NCBI GenBank assembly: GCA_964347065.1
Contig: CAYFXN010000003.1
Span: 1,971 to 65,970 of the forward strand
DNA from: an uncultured bacterium
GTDB taxonomy: Bacteria; Desulfobacterota; Deferrimicrobia; J040
Length of the DNA stretch: 64,000 bases
Reading direction: 5' to 3'
Part shown: positions 10,529 through 19,291 of the stretch, in pieces
Position numbering within the stretch: the first letter of the stretch is position 1
How the letters are laid out: each line of letters opens with the position of its first letter
Made by a program: the position numbers and the translations under genes
The notes under the pieces: model-generated
What the model was told of the DNA's origin: nothing
Database searches by the model: none
The model's input: only the letters and a program-made list of their open reading frames with translations

Positions 10529-11251
10529 GTGATTCGTCACACGGGGGAGCAAATGCGGGTTGATGAAAAATTGCTTTCATGGTATCGATTTCACCTTTTC
10601 GGACGGTTTATTCTCGGTGTATCTCACGAGATAGACAATTGTTTAAGCGTAATTCTTGGATTTTCTGAGCTCATGAAATTGAGTCCCGGGAATGAACAAA
10701 ATATCTTGAAGTCAGTGGAGAAAATTACCGGGTCCGCCGAAAACTTATCGAGATTGATAAAAAAATACTCCTACTACGTGAGACCCCGGAAAGTTGAGGA
10801 GTCGGTGTTCGATATCGGTGAGACCATTGATGAACTTATAACCTTTGCCGGTTACGATTTAAAAAGGAATGGCGTCGTCTTGGAGAAAAGGATACATGCC
10901 GATGCCTCTTTGATGCGTGGGGACCGGAAGGATTTTGCATTTATGCTCCTCAACGTGATGGTCAACGCTTCGGAGTCGATGGCCCAAAAAGGGGGGGCGC
11001 AGGTGATAACGGTCAATAGGGAGAATGATAAAATAGTTACACACATTATTGATAATGGAGTGGGGATACCATCGGAGCTTTCAGAAAAAATTTTTGAACC
11101 CGGTTTTACGACGAAAGGAGAAATGTGCCGGTTAGGTCTCGGCCTGTCCGTATCGAAATATTTGGCGGAAAAAATCGGTGGTTCATTAAACTTCACGTCG
11201 AAAGTGGGAAATGGGACGAGCTTCGAGATCAAAACCCCCACCCATATGTGA
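10529..11251 (+). CDS. Sensor histidine kinase core (DHp plus HATPase_c) without recognisable sensor or TM region
   Basis: H-box (GVSHEIDNCLSVILGFSELM), N-box (LLNVMVNASESM), G1 (IDNGVGIP), G2 (GLGLSVSKYLAEKIGGSL). 240 aa. GTG start; alternative ATG at 10553. Confidence 0.7.
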   Translation: MIRHTGEQMRVDEKLLSWYRFHLFGRFILGVSHEIDNCLSVILGFSELMKLSPGNEQNILKSVEKITGSAENLSRLIKKYSYYVRPRKVEESVFDIGETIDELITFAGYDLKRNGVVLEKRIHADASLMRGDRKDFAFMLLNVMVNASESMAQKGGAQVITVNRENDKIVTHIIDNGVGIPSELSEKIFEPGFTTKGEMCRLGLGLSVSKYLAEKIGGSLNFTSKVGNGTSFEIKTPTHM

Positions 11252-11287
11252 GTACTGTTCAATCAGGATTTCATTTTACCGGAAGGT

Positions 11288-12211
11288 ATGGGCATGAAAG
11301 CAACGGGTAAACCCATCTACAGGACGATTGAGACAGAAGGGCTTTCGCATCGAAGGGAAAAGCTTTTTCGTGTATTGGAAGATTGTACGCTCTGCCCCCG
11401 GAATTGCCATGTCAACAGAATCAAGGGGGAACTGGGTTTCTGCAAGACGGGAAAAAAAGCTATTGTTTCGTCTTATGGACCCCATTACGGAGAGGAGTTT
11501 CCCCTTGTGGGAAGGTATGGCTCTGGCACCATTTTTTTTACGAACTGCAACCTTGGCTGTATCTTCTGCCAAAACTACGACATATCGCACCTTGGCCGGG
11601 GCACTGAGGTGGACTCAACCGAACTCGCTTCGATATTTTTGAAAATTCAGAACTTCGGCTGTCACAATTTAAATCTCGTCACTCCCACCCATGTTATCCC
11701 GCAGGTTATCGATGCGCTTGAAATAGCCGTAGAGAAGGGGTTTTCACTACCCCTTGTGTATAATTGCGGGGGATATGAGGCTATTGAGTCCATCATGGCT
11801 CTTGATAAAGTCGTCGACATTTATATGCCCGATATGAAATTCATGGATGATGAGGTAGCCTTCAGCCTGACAGGGGCAAAGTCCTATTCGAAACACATGA
11901 AGGAATCGGTAAAGGAGATGCACAGGCAGGTGGGAGACCTCAAACTCACCGTTGAAGGTATAGCTATACGCGGATTATTAGTGAGGCATCTCATATTGCC
12001 AGAATTTCTCTCAGGGACCGAAAAAGTTCTGGAATTTATATCAAGGGAGATAAGTTCGAATACGTATCTTAATCTTATGGATCAATATTACCCCTGTTAC
12101 CTTGCAAAAGATCATAGCGCTCTCTCGAGGCGAATTCGTCCCGAAGAGTGGCGAGAGGCCGTTGCCTTGGCTAAAAAAATGGGGTTAGCGAGATTAGATA
12201 GCAAAGTGTAG
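11288..12211 (+). CDS. Radical SAM enzyme, PflA-like; resembles AmmeMemoRadiSam-system radical SAM proteins
   Basis: CxxxCxxC radical-SAM motif (NCNLGCIFCQN) plus an N-terminal Cys cluster (CTLCPRNC...FC). 307 aa. The AmmeMemoRadiSam assignment is from memory of the family signature and is not verified. Confidence 0.7.
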   Translation: MGMKATGKPIYRTIETEGLSHRREKLFRVLEDCTLCPRNCHVNRIKGELGFCKTGKKAIVSSYGPHYGEEFPLVGRYGSGTIFFTNCNLGCIFCQNYDISHLGRGTEVDSTELASIFLKIQNFGCHNLNLVTPTHVIPQVIDALEIAVEKGFSLPLVYNCGGYEAIESIMALDKVVDIYMPDMKFMDDEVAFSLTGAKSYSKHMKESVKEMHRQVGDLKLTVEGIAIRGLLVRHLILPEFLSGTEKVLEFISREISSNTYLNLMDQYYPCYLAKDHSALSRRIRPEEWREAVALAKKMGLARLDSKV

Positions 12212-12343
12212 TAAAAATTGTAACCACTTTTCCTTGCTGTTATTTCCATCCACTTCATAAGCTGGATGCATTTGTCTCCCCTAAAGGGTTGGATTTATGT
12301 TATATATCAGCAAGCCACGGGAGATGAATAATAAAATTCGCTG

Positions 12344-12371
12344 TTGATTTTATTTCCCATTCGATTAATAT
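12344..12371 (+). promoter_or_regulatory. Putative sigma70-type promoter (-35 TTGATT, 16-nt spacer, -10 TAATAT) upstream of the 12395 ORF
   Basis: Hexamers read directly: TTGATT at 12344-12349 and TAATAT at 12366-12371. An AGGGAG RBS at 12384-12389 precedes the ATG at 12395. Confidence 0.3.
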
Positions 12372-12394
12372 AGGGAAAAAAACAGGGAGTGGAA

Positions 12395-12739
12395 ATGGCT
12401 GATCTCATTCGTCTTGACGATATTGTGAAGAGACTGAAGGAAAAAAGAACGGGAGATGGAGAATATAAATATGTGTATAGGAAATCAGCTCATGAGATGA
12501 ACGATGCCGAAATGAGGGAGTTGATCGATGATGTTGATGAAATAACAACATGCCTCGTCGAGGAAATGGAAGTGTTAAAAAAGAAATTGGCAGACATGGA
12601 AAAGCTTAATTTGGTGTATGTCGATCTCATGAGGAAGCTCGTGGAGTTGATCGTTTTATCTGGTGAGAAAGAGGGTGACCGGGTTTTAATCCAGATCCAG
12701 GAATGGATAGCCGAGGAAAAGAGGAAGTCAGAAGGTTAA
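12395..12739 (+). CDS. Hypothetical small acidic protein (predicted helical, coiled-coil-like), no recognisable family
   Basis: ORF track lists 12389..12739 (GTG). ATG at 12395 has a better RBS (AGGGAG, 5-nt spacing). Sequence MADLIRLDDIVKRLKEKR... is rich in E/K/L heptad-like segments. Confidence 0.4.
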   Translation: MADLIRLDDIVKRLKEKRTGDGEYKYVYRKSAHEMNDAEMRELIDDVDEITTCLVEEMEVLKKKLADMEKLNLVYVDLMRKLVELIVLSGEKEGDRVLIQIQEWIAEEKRKSEG

Positions 12740-12829
12740 GATTATTTTCCCGCCATTGAGTAATTCCCAGGGCTGAAAGTTATGTCAAAAACGCATTTTC
12801 GAAGTGTTTTCCGCAGTCAGTTTCTTGAT

Positions 12830-12918
12830 TGGTGCCGAAGGCGGGACTCGAACCCGCACGGGGTCAATTCCCCACCAGACCCTGAATCTGGCGTGTCTGC
12901 CAGTTCCACCACTTCGGC
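12830..12918 (-). tRNA. tRNA-Leu (anticodon CAG), type II with long variable arm
   Basis: Reverse complement gives GCCGAAGTGGTGGAACTGGCAGACACGCCAGATTCAGGGTCTGG...GCGGGTTCGAGTCCCGCCTTCGGCACCA. Anticodon stem CCAGA/TCTGG with loop TTCAGGG. Long extra arm and T-arm GGTTCGAGTCC. Encoded CCA. Confidence 0.85.
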
Positions 12919-13080
12919 ATTTCTGAAATCTGAGAGTATTTATCATAACACCATAAAATGGTCTGTCAATTTATTTGTTCTCAAACTGCCTTCGCAAGTA
13001 TTATGTATATTACAGGCGCAATGGACTAAGGCGGAAAAAAAGGAGATAAAAGGCGGTATGGTGATAAAAAGGAGGTTCGA

Positions 13081-15309
13081 TTGAAGCGCAAACGAAAGGG
13101 GCAACAGGGCAAGACGAGCAATAGAAGGAGAATCAAAAAAAAGATCATTCAGGTACTCAGAGCGACAGAATCCGGGTCAATGAGCATAAAACACCTGGCG
13201 GAGAATCTCGACGGGGAACAAACGGGGATGGAAGGTCTCCGTTCGCAGATTGCAGAGTTGAAGAGAGAAGGGAGAGTGAGATCTACAGGAGATGGGAGGA
13301 TTGCGGCAACGTCTCCTTCGGTGCGTTTTGAAGGAAAGCTACAGGTTCACCCGTCCGGTTTTGGCTTTGTCGTCGTGGACGGTTTCGACAGGGATATATT
13401 CGTATCGAAGGGGAAAATGGGCGGTGCCTTTCATAACGATCTGGTTGAAATTAAAGTCGACAAGGGCCGCATGGGGCCAAGAATTTCGGGACGCATCACG
13501 GATGTGGTCGAGCGGGGAATGAGAAAAGTTGTGGGAAGATACCATCGGGGAAGAAGCGGTTCCGTGCTGAAGGTGGAGGATAAAAAATTTGCTTTCGATT
13601 TTCCTGTATTTTCGTCAGCAGCGAAAAATCTGAAGGAAGGTGACGTCGTAGAGGGAGTTATTGAAGGGAAGTCCAAAGAGAAGAATCGAAGAGGTGTCAG
13701 AATTGTACGAAAAATCGGAAAGACGAGCGGTGTTGAGTCCATCACCTTATCGACGATATACCTTTACGGTTTTGAAAGAGAATTTGGCAGCGAAATAAAA
13801 AGATCCGTATCATCCTTTCCCGTCCGTATTCGCAAAAATGTTCCCGGGAGAGCCGATCTCACAAACTTTCCTTTTGTCACGATCGATGGCGAGAATGCCC
13901 GGGACTTTGATGACGCCGTGTGCTTGGTGAAGGAGGGCGATAACTACAGACTTCTCGTTTCGATCGCAGATGTAAGCGAATACGTCGAGTGGGATTCCCC
14001 GCTTGACAGAGAGGCGATGCACAGGGGTGTGAGTGTCTATTTTCCGGACAGGGTTATACCCATGTTACCCGAGGTGCTGAGTGCAGACCTCTGCAGCCTC
14101 AGGGAAAAGGTAAACAGGTTGACAATGACCGTTGATGCCAGAATTAACCGCCAGGGAGAGGTTATCGCCGCATCCTTCTACCCTTCCGTCATACGGAGCA
14201 GGAAAAGATTAACGTACGAATCTGTCCAAGCCTTTCTCGATGGTGGTGTGAATTTAGATCCCCGGGGCGGTCTCGGCAGGATGATCGTGATGATGCAGGA
14301 TCTTGCTGCTGTGCTGCATGAAAAAAGGGTTCGGGAAGGCTCACTTGACTTTGATCTTCCCGAGTCTCGGATAACGATATCTCTCGGTGGCGATATAGAA
14401 AAAGTGGTGGAGGAGGAGAGGCTTTTTTCCCATAGGATAATTGAGGAGTTCATGCTTCTTGCGAACATTCAGGTGGCCAAGCATCTGGATACATCGAATG
14501 TGAAATTTCTCTACAGAATTCATGAACGGCCGGATCCATTAAAATTAAAACAGTTTTTCAAGTTTTCTTCCCATTTCGATAGAGATTTCAGTGGGCAAAT
14601 GAGCCTTCAGGATATATCACTCAAAAAGGCACTGGAATTTGTCAAAGACAAACCGTATGAAAAGATATTCAATCGCGTTTTACTCAGAAGCTTTAAGCTT
14701 GCACGGTATTCTCCTGAAAACCCCGGGCACTTCGGTCTCGGTTTTAATACATACACGCATTTTACTTCCCCGATAAGAAGATATCCCGATCTCATGGTCC
14801 ACCGGGCGCTTAAATTTACCCTCGGTGACAAAAAGTATGGTAAGCATCTCGAGGTCATTGAAAAGGATCTTGCCAGGATTGGTGATCACCTTTCGAAACG
14901 GGAGAAGGATGCCGAGCAGGCGGAAAGGGATGTTGTAGATAAATTAAAGGCACTCTATATGGTAGGGCGGGAAGGGGAGCAACATGCGGGTTTGATCACT
15001 TCGGTTCATCCCTTTGGGTTTTTCGTTGCACTTGAAGATGTTATTGTCGAAGGTCTCGTTCATATAAACGATCTGCCTGAGGATGTGTATTATATGAACA
15101 GCGCGGGATTCACCCTTGCCGGCAGATATTTTGGCAAGACATTTTCTGTGGGCAACAGGGTTCATATTAGCGTCAAGGAGAGCGATCCCCTAAAAGGCAG
15201 GGTTGATTTCCTTTTGGTTGAAAAAGGTCGGCAAAAAAAATACAATGAGGTGAAAACAGGAACAAAGCGGGGGAAGCATGAAAGGAAAAATTCTTATCGT
15301 AGAAGATAG
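13081..15309 (+). CDS. rnr: Ribonuclease R (RNB-family 3'-5' exoribonuclease with cold-shock and S1 domains and Lys-rich tail)
   Basis: 742 aa. RNB catalytic region (ADLTNFPFVTIDGENARDFDDAVC), C-terminal S1 (HAGLITSVHPFGFFVALEDV...) and basic tail. TTG start preceded by AAGGAGG at 6 nt. Confidence 0.85.
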   Translation: MKRKRKGQQGKTSNRRRIKKKIIQVLRATESGSMSIKHLAENLDGEQTGMEGLRSQIAELKREGRVRSTGDGRIAATSPSVRFEGKLQVHPSGFGFVVVDGFDRDIFVSKGKMGGAFHNDLVEIKVDKGRMGPRISGRITDVVERGMRKVVGRYHRGRSGSVLKVEDKKFAFDFPVFSSAAKNLKEGDVVEGVIEGKSKEKNRRGVRIVRKIGKTSGVESITLSTIYLYGFEREFGSEIKRSVSSFPVRIRKNVPGRADLTNFPFVTIDGENARDFDDAVCLVKEGDNYRLLVSIADVSEYVEWDSPLDREAMHRGVSVYFPDRVIPMLPEVLSADLCSLREKVNRLTMTVDARINRQGEVIAASFYPSVIRSRKRLTYESVQAFLDGGVNLDPRGGLGRMIVMMQDLAAVLHEKRVREGSLDFDLPESRITISLGGDIEKVVEEERLFSHRIIEEFMLLANIQVAKHLDTSNVKFLYRIHERPDPLKLKQFFKFSSHFDRDFSGQMSLQDISLKKALEFVKDKPYEKIFNRVLLRSFKLARYSPENPGHFGLGFNTYTHFTSPIRRYPDLMVHRALKFTLGDKKYGKHLEVIEKDLARIGDHLSKREKDAEQAERDVVDKLKALYMVGREGEQHAGLITSVHPFGFFVALEDVIVEGLVHINDLPEDVYYMNSAGFTLAGRYFGKTFSVGNRVHISVKESDPLKGRVDFLLVEKGRQKKYNEVKTGTKRGKHERKNSYRRR

Positions 15310-16591
15310 CTTGACGATTCAAAGGGTCTTTGAGCTTGCTTTTCTGCGAAGTGGTCATCAGGTTACGTACATCGACAGAGGAAAAGACCTGGAGAGTATG
15401 GCACATGAATTGAAGCCAGATCTCGTCATTTGCGACGTTACGCTTCCCGACATAGATGGATACGAGGCAGTGTCTCAACTGAAAAAAGATCCGGGCCTTT
15501 CTTCCGTCCCATCGATTCTCCTTGCGGGGTCGATCGAACCCTTTGACGAGGACCAGTTCAAGAGTTCCGGTGCTGATGGGGTTATTTTCAAACCCTTCGA
15601 TTCCCAGGATTTGTTGGATAAAGTAGACGAACTTTTGAGAGACGTGGCCCCTGAAGATTTGGAGGAGCGAAGAGAGGAGCGGGAACTGGCTGAAGAGGGA
15701 TGGGATTTTTCAGATGTCTTTGAAGATGTCGAACTCGGCGTTGCAGGCAGAGAGGAGATATCCGTTGAAGAGCCTTTTATCAGCGAACTCATGGCGGAAT
15801 CTGATTTGACCGATGTGGAGCGTGTGGAAGATTACGACATCGGGGTTGATGAGCTGGGCGCGGAAGCTATGGGTGAAGTGCCCGAGGTAGAGGATCGTGA
15901 TGGATTAAAAACAATGGAAGATCAGGAAGAGGCTCCTTCGGAAGATTTTGATAAGTTTGACGAAATCATCGAGGATTTCGAAATGGAAGCCAAAGAGGAA
16001 GTCGGAACTGAGGCTGAAATCACATCGGAGGTTGAAGACGAAGCAGCGGATTTTGCGTACGAAGCCCTGCTTGATGATGACATAACTGATGACGATGTAA
16101 CAGAAGAAGAAGCGTTACGGAAGGAGGTCCCTCGTTTCGATGCAGAGGAGGTAACGGGTTTGGAGGCAGAGGCTGCGGTTACTGATGGAGATCAGCCGAT
16201 AAGGATGGATGAGGAAGATAAGATGATGGAAGAGATAGCCAGGGATGTGGAGGATTTTCCGATTTCGTCGGGCTACGACTTTTCATCTCACGGTATTTTG
16301 AAAAGGGCTGCTGCGCCAAAGTCTCCAAAAAAATTTAACGGTGATGAATACGAGGATAAGATGAGAGAAATTTATTCATCGGACGAATTCAAAGATGAAA
16401 TGAAGGTTCTCGTGTCGGGGATTACGGAGAAGATACTTTGGGAGGTCTTTCCCGGTATTATGGAAGAGTTGAAGGGCGAGATCGTCAACGTGATAAAAGA
16501 GATCTCTGCATCGGTGGTGCCCGATGTGGCAGGGCAGATCATCCAGGAAGAGATAAAGCGAATCAGGGAAGAAATCGGTTATCCAGAGTAG
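15278..16591 (+). CDS. Response regulator: CheY-like receiver followed by a roughly 250-aa poly-acidic region and a short conserved C-terminal module
   Basis: N-terminal receiver (KILIVEDSLTIQRVF...DLVICDVTLPDIDGYEA...VIFKPF). The middle is an extreme D/E-rich low-complexity stretch. The last ~70 aa (MKVLVSGITEKILWEVFPGIMEEL...) are non-acidic. Start overlaps the rnr end by 32 nt. Confidence 0.7.
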   Translation: MKGKILIVEDSLTIQRVFELAFLRSGHQVTYIDRGKDLESMAHELKPDLVICDVTLPDIDGYEAVSQLKKDPGLSSVPSILLAGSIEPFDEDQFKSSGADGVIFKPFDSQDLLDKVDELLRDVAPEDLEERREERELAEEGWDFSDVFEDVELGVAGREEISVEEPFISELMAESDLTDVERVEDYDIGVDELGAEAMGEVPEVEDRDGLKTMEDQEEAPSEDFDKFDEIIEDFEMEAKEEVGTEAEITSEVEDEAADFAYEALLDDDITDDDVTEEEALRKEVPRFDAEEVTGLEAEAAVTDGDQPIRMDEEDKMMEEIARDVEDFPISSGYDFSSHGILKRAAAPKSPKKFNGDEYEDKMREIYSSDEFKDEMKVLVSGITEKILWEVFPGIMEELKGEIVNVIKEISASVVPDVAGQIIQEEIKRIREEIGYPE

Positions 16592-16641
16592 ACCTCCGAA
16601 CCTGATTAAATCCAGAAAAAAAGAATGGGGTATACGGGACG

Positions 16642-19275
16642 ATGGGAGACTCTGTTCTCGCGAAAGTTTATCAACCTGCTGTAATAGAAGAAAAGTGGGG
16701 AAAATTCTGGATGCAAGAAGGGCTTTCCCGGGCTGATGCACGGTCGGAAAAACTTCCCTTCTCGATTGTTATTCCCCCACCGAATATAACCGGTTCCCTG
16801 CACATGGGCCATGCCCTCAATGTTACCCTTCAGGACATTATCGTGAGATATAAAAAAATGAAAGGCTATAACACACTCTGGCTTCCCGGAACCGACCACG
16901 CGGGCATTGCGACACAGAATGTGGTTGAAAGGCTGCTTGCCGAAGAGGGCCTCGACCGGCAGGCGATCGGCAGAGAAAAATTTCTCGAAAGGGTGTGGCG
17001 GTGGAAAGAACAAAGCGGCGATACCATTCTGAACCAGTTGAAGCGTCTTGGGGCAACGTGCGACTGGTCAAGGGAGCGCTTCACGATGGATACAGGTCTT
17101 TCCCGTGCGGTACGGTACGCATTCGTGCTGCTCTTCAAGAAAGGTCTCATATACCGCGGGAATTACATGACCAACTGGTGTCCAAGATGTAACACCGCTC
17201 TATCGGATCTCGAAGTCGATTTCGAGACGGTCAGGGGAAAACTCTATTACATGACGTACCCGGGAGAATCGGATTTAGACGTGGTTGTTGCCACAACGAG
17301 GCCGGAGACGATGCTTGGAGATACTGCAGTAGCAGTTAATCCGGCCGATAAACGCTTTGAGGACCTCACGGGTCAGCAGGTAAATCTTCCGCTTACGGGA
17401 AGAAAGATCCCCGTTATTTCAGACAAAATGGTAGACCCTGAGTTCGGGACAGGAGCGGTCAAGATTACTCCCGCCCATGACTTCAACGATTTTGAGGTTG
17501 CCCACTCCCACAAGCTTCCATTCGTGAAAGTAATCGATGAAGATGGCAAAATGTCAAAAGAGGCGGGTGAGAAGTACTACGGGCTTGATAGGTTCGAGTG
17601 CCGGCGCATAGTCATAGCAGATCTCGAAGAGCAGGGGCTTCTCGATCGTGTAGAAGACTACACGCATAATGTGGGTCATTGCTACCGGTGTAAAACTGTC
17701 ATCGAACCTGCAGTGAGTTTGCAATGGTTTGTTCGCGTTGGCCCCCTTGCCGACGAGGCTGTCGGGGCAGTCAAGGACGGCAGGACCGCAATCGTTCCTG
17801 GAATGTGGGCGAAGACATATTTCGAATGGATGGATAACATTAAGGACTGGTGTATCTCGAGGCAGATCTGGTGGGGCCACAGGATTCCTGCATGGCATTG
17901 CAATGATTGCGGCCACGTCACGGTGGAGTTCGACGACCCGGAGAGATGCTCTAGCTGCGGGAGTTCGGCTATCGACCAGGAGGAAGATGTTCTCGATACC
18001 TGGTTCAGTTCTGCTCTCTGGCCGTTTTCTACCCTCGGGTGGCCCGACAAAACTGAAGATTTGGAAGTCTTTTATCCCACGAGCGTTCTCGTTACGGGTT
18101 TTGACATTCTGTTCTTTTGGGTGGCGAGAATGATGATGATGGGCCTTGAGTTTATGGGCGACGTTCCCTTCAATGAAGTTTTTATTCATGCACTCGTCAG
18201 GGATGCGATGGGGCAGAAAATGAGCAAGACGAGGGGAAACGTAATCGATCCACTCGAAGTTATGGATCGCTACGGAACTGATGCATTCCGCTTTACCCTC
18301 ACGGCCCTTGCCGCGCAGGGTCGGGATCTCAAGATGTCGGAGGAAAGGATAGAGGGATATCGAAATTTTATCAATAAACTGTGGAATACAACCCGCTTCG
18401 TCCTGATGAATCTCGACGGTTTCGAAGAAGGAGACACCCGTTCGCCTAACCTCGAGGACCGGTGGATACTAAGCAGGCTTGCAAGAACGGTGAACGGTGT
18501 AACGAGGGCTCTTGAAGAGTATAAATTCAATGAAGCTGCAGGCTTAATATATCAATTTCTCTGGCATGAGTATTGTGACTGGTATGTGGAGATATCAAAG
18601 CCATATCTGCTCGGAAAAATGGGCCCCCAGGAAAGGATAATGAAGCAAAACATCCTGGTTTTCGTCTTCGAGACAGTTCTGAAACTCTCCCACCCTTTGA
18701 TTCCTTTTGTCACCGAAGAGATCTGGCACTTCCTTCCCGGAGAGAGGGGGAGTATCCTCCTGGAAAAATTCCCCGAATTTGACGATAGTTTCCTTCATGA
18801 TGAATCGGAAAAACAGATGGAGTACCTGATTACTTTGATTCGGGCTATTCGCAACCTTCGAAGGGAAATAAACGTTCCACCGGGGTATTTTGCAAAGGTG
18901 AGGTTGCGGGGTGGCAGATACATGATGACAGTTGTGAAGATGGAACCTGTCATAAAGAGGCTTGCTCGTCTCGAGAGATTGGATTATTTGCCGGATGACG
19001 CTGTGGTTAAAAACGAGGCCTCCGCGGTTGCCGAGGACACAGATATTTTTCTCCCCGTGAGGGGGGTACTCGATTTTAATGCGGAAAGGGAGCGGATTGA
19101 GAAGATCATGGTGAAACTGGAACAGGAGAGAGAAGGGCTTATTGCGAAGCTCTCCAACAGAGATTTCGTCAAAAAAGCACCGAAGGAGCTTGTGGAAACA
19201 ACGAGGAAGAGGGAGGAACAGGTTGAGGCCAAACTCAGGCGGTTGAAAAATAACCTTGAGTTGTTTATCGAATAA
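16642..19275 (+). CDS. valS: Valine--tRNA ligase
   Basis: 877 aa. HIGH motif (PPPNITGSLHMGHALN), KMSKS motif (KMSKTRGN), editing domain and C-terminal coiled coil typical of ValRS. Confidence 0.9.
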   Translation: MGDSVLAKVYQPAVIEEKWGKFWMQEGLSRADARSEKLPFSIVIPPPNITGSLHMGHALNVTLQDIIVRYKKMKGYNTLWLPGTDHAGIATQNVVERLLAEEGLDRQAIGREKFLERVWRWKEQSGDTILNQLKRLGATCDWSRERFTMDTGLSRAVRYAFVLLFKKGLIYRGNYMTNWCPRCNTALSDLEVDFETVRGKLYYMTYPGESDLDVVVATTRPETMLGDTAVAVNPADKRFEDLTGQQVNLPLTGRKIPVISDKMVDPEFGTGAVKITPAHDFNDFEVAHSHKLPFVKVIDEDGKMSKEAGEKYYGLDRFECRRIVIADLEEQGLLDRVEDYTHNVGHCYRCKTVIEPAVSLQWFVRVGPLADEAVGAVKDGRTAIVPGMWAKTYFEWMDNIKDWCISRQIWWGHRIPAWHCNDCGHVTVEFDDPERCSSCGSSAIDQEEDVLDTWFSSALWPFSTLGWPDKTEDLEVFYPTSVLVTGFDILFFWVARMMMMGLEFMGDVPFNEVFIHALVRDAMGQKMSKTRGNVIDPLEVMDRYGTDAFRFTLTALAAQGRDLKMSEERIEGYRNFINKLWNTTRFVLMNLDGFEEGDTRSPNLEDRWILSRLARTVNGVTRALEEYKFNEAAGLIYQFLWHEYCDWYVEISKPYLLGKMGPQERIMKQNILVFVFETVLKLSHPLIPFVTEEIWHFLPGERGSILLEKFPEFDDSFLHDESEKQMEYLITLIRAIRNLRREINVPPGYFAKVRLRGGRYMMTVVKMEPVIKRLARLERLDYLPDDAVVKNEASAVAEDTDIFLPVRGVLDFNAERERIEKIMVKLEQEREGLIAKLSNRDFVKKAPKELVETTRKREEQVEAKLRRLKNNLELFIE

Positions 19276-19291
19276 CGTGTATCCCTTTGAC

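Noticed and set aside
12782-13084. 100-aa plus-strand ORF overlapping the tRNA-Leu gene
   Set aside because: It translates the complement of the tRNA-Leu (RRDSNPHG is the T-arm). It is spurious.
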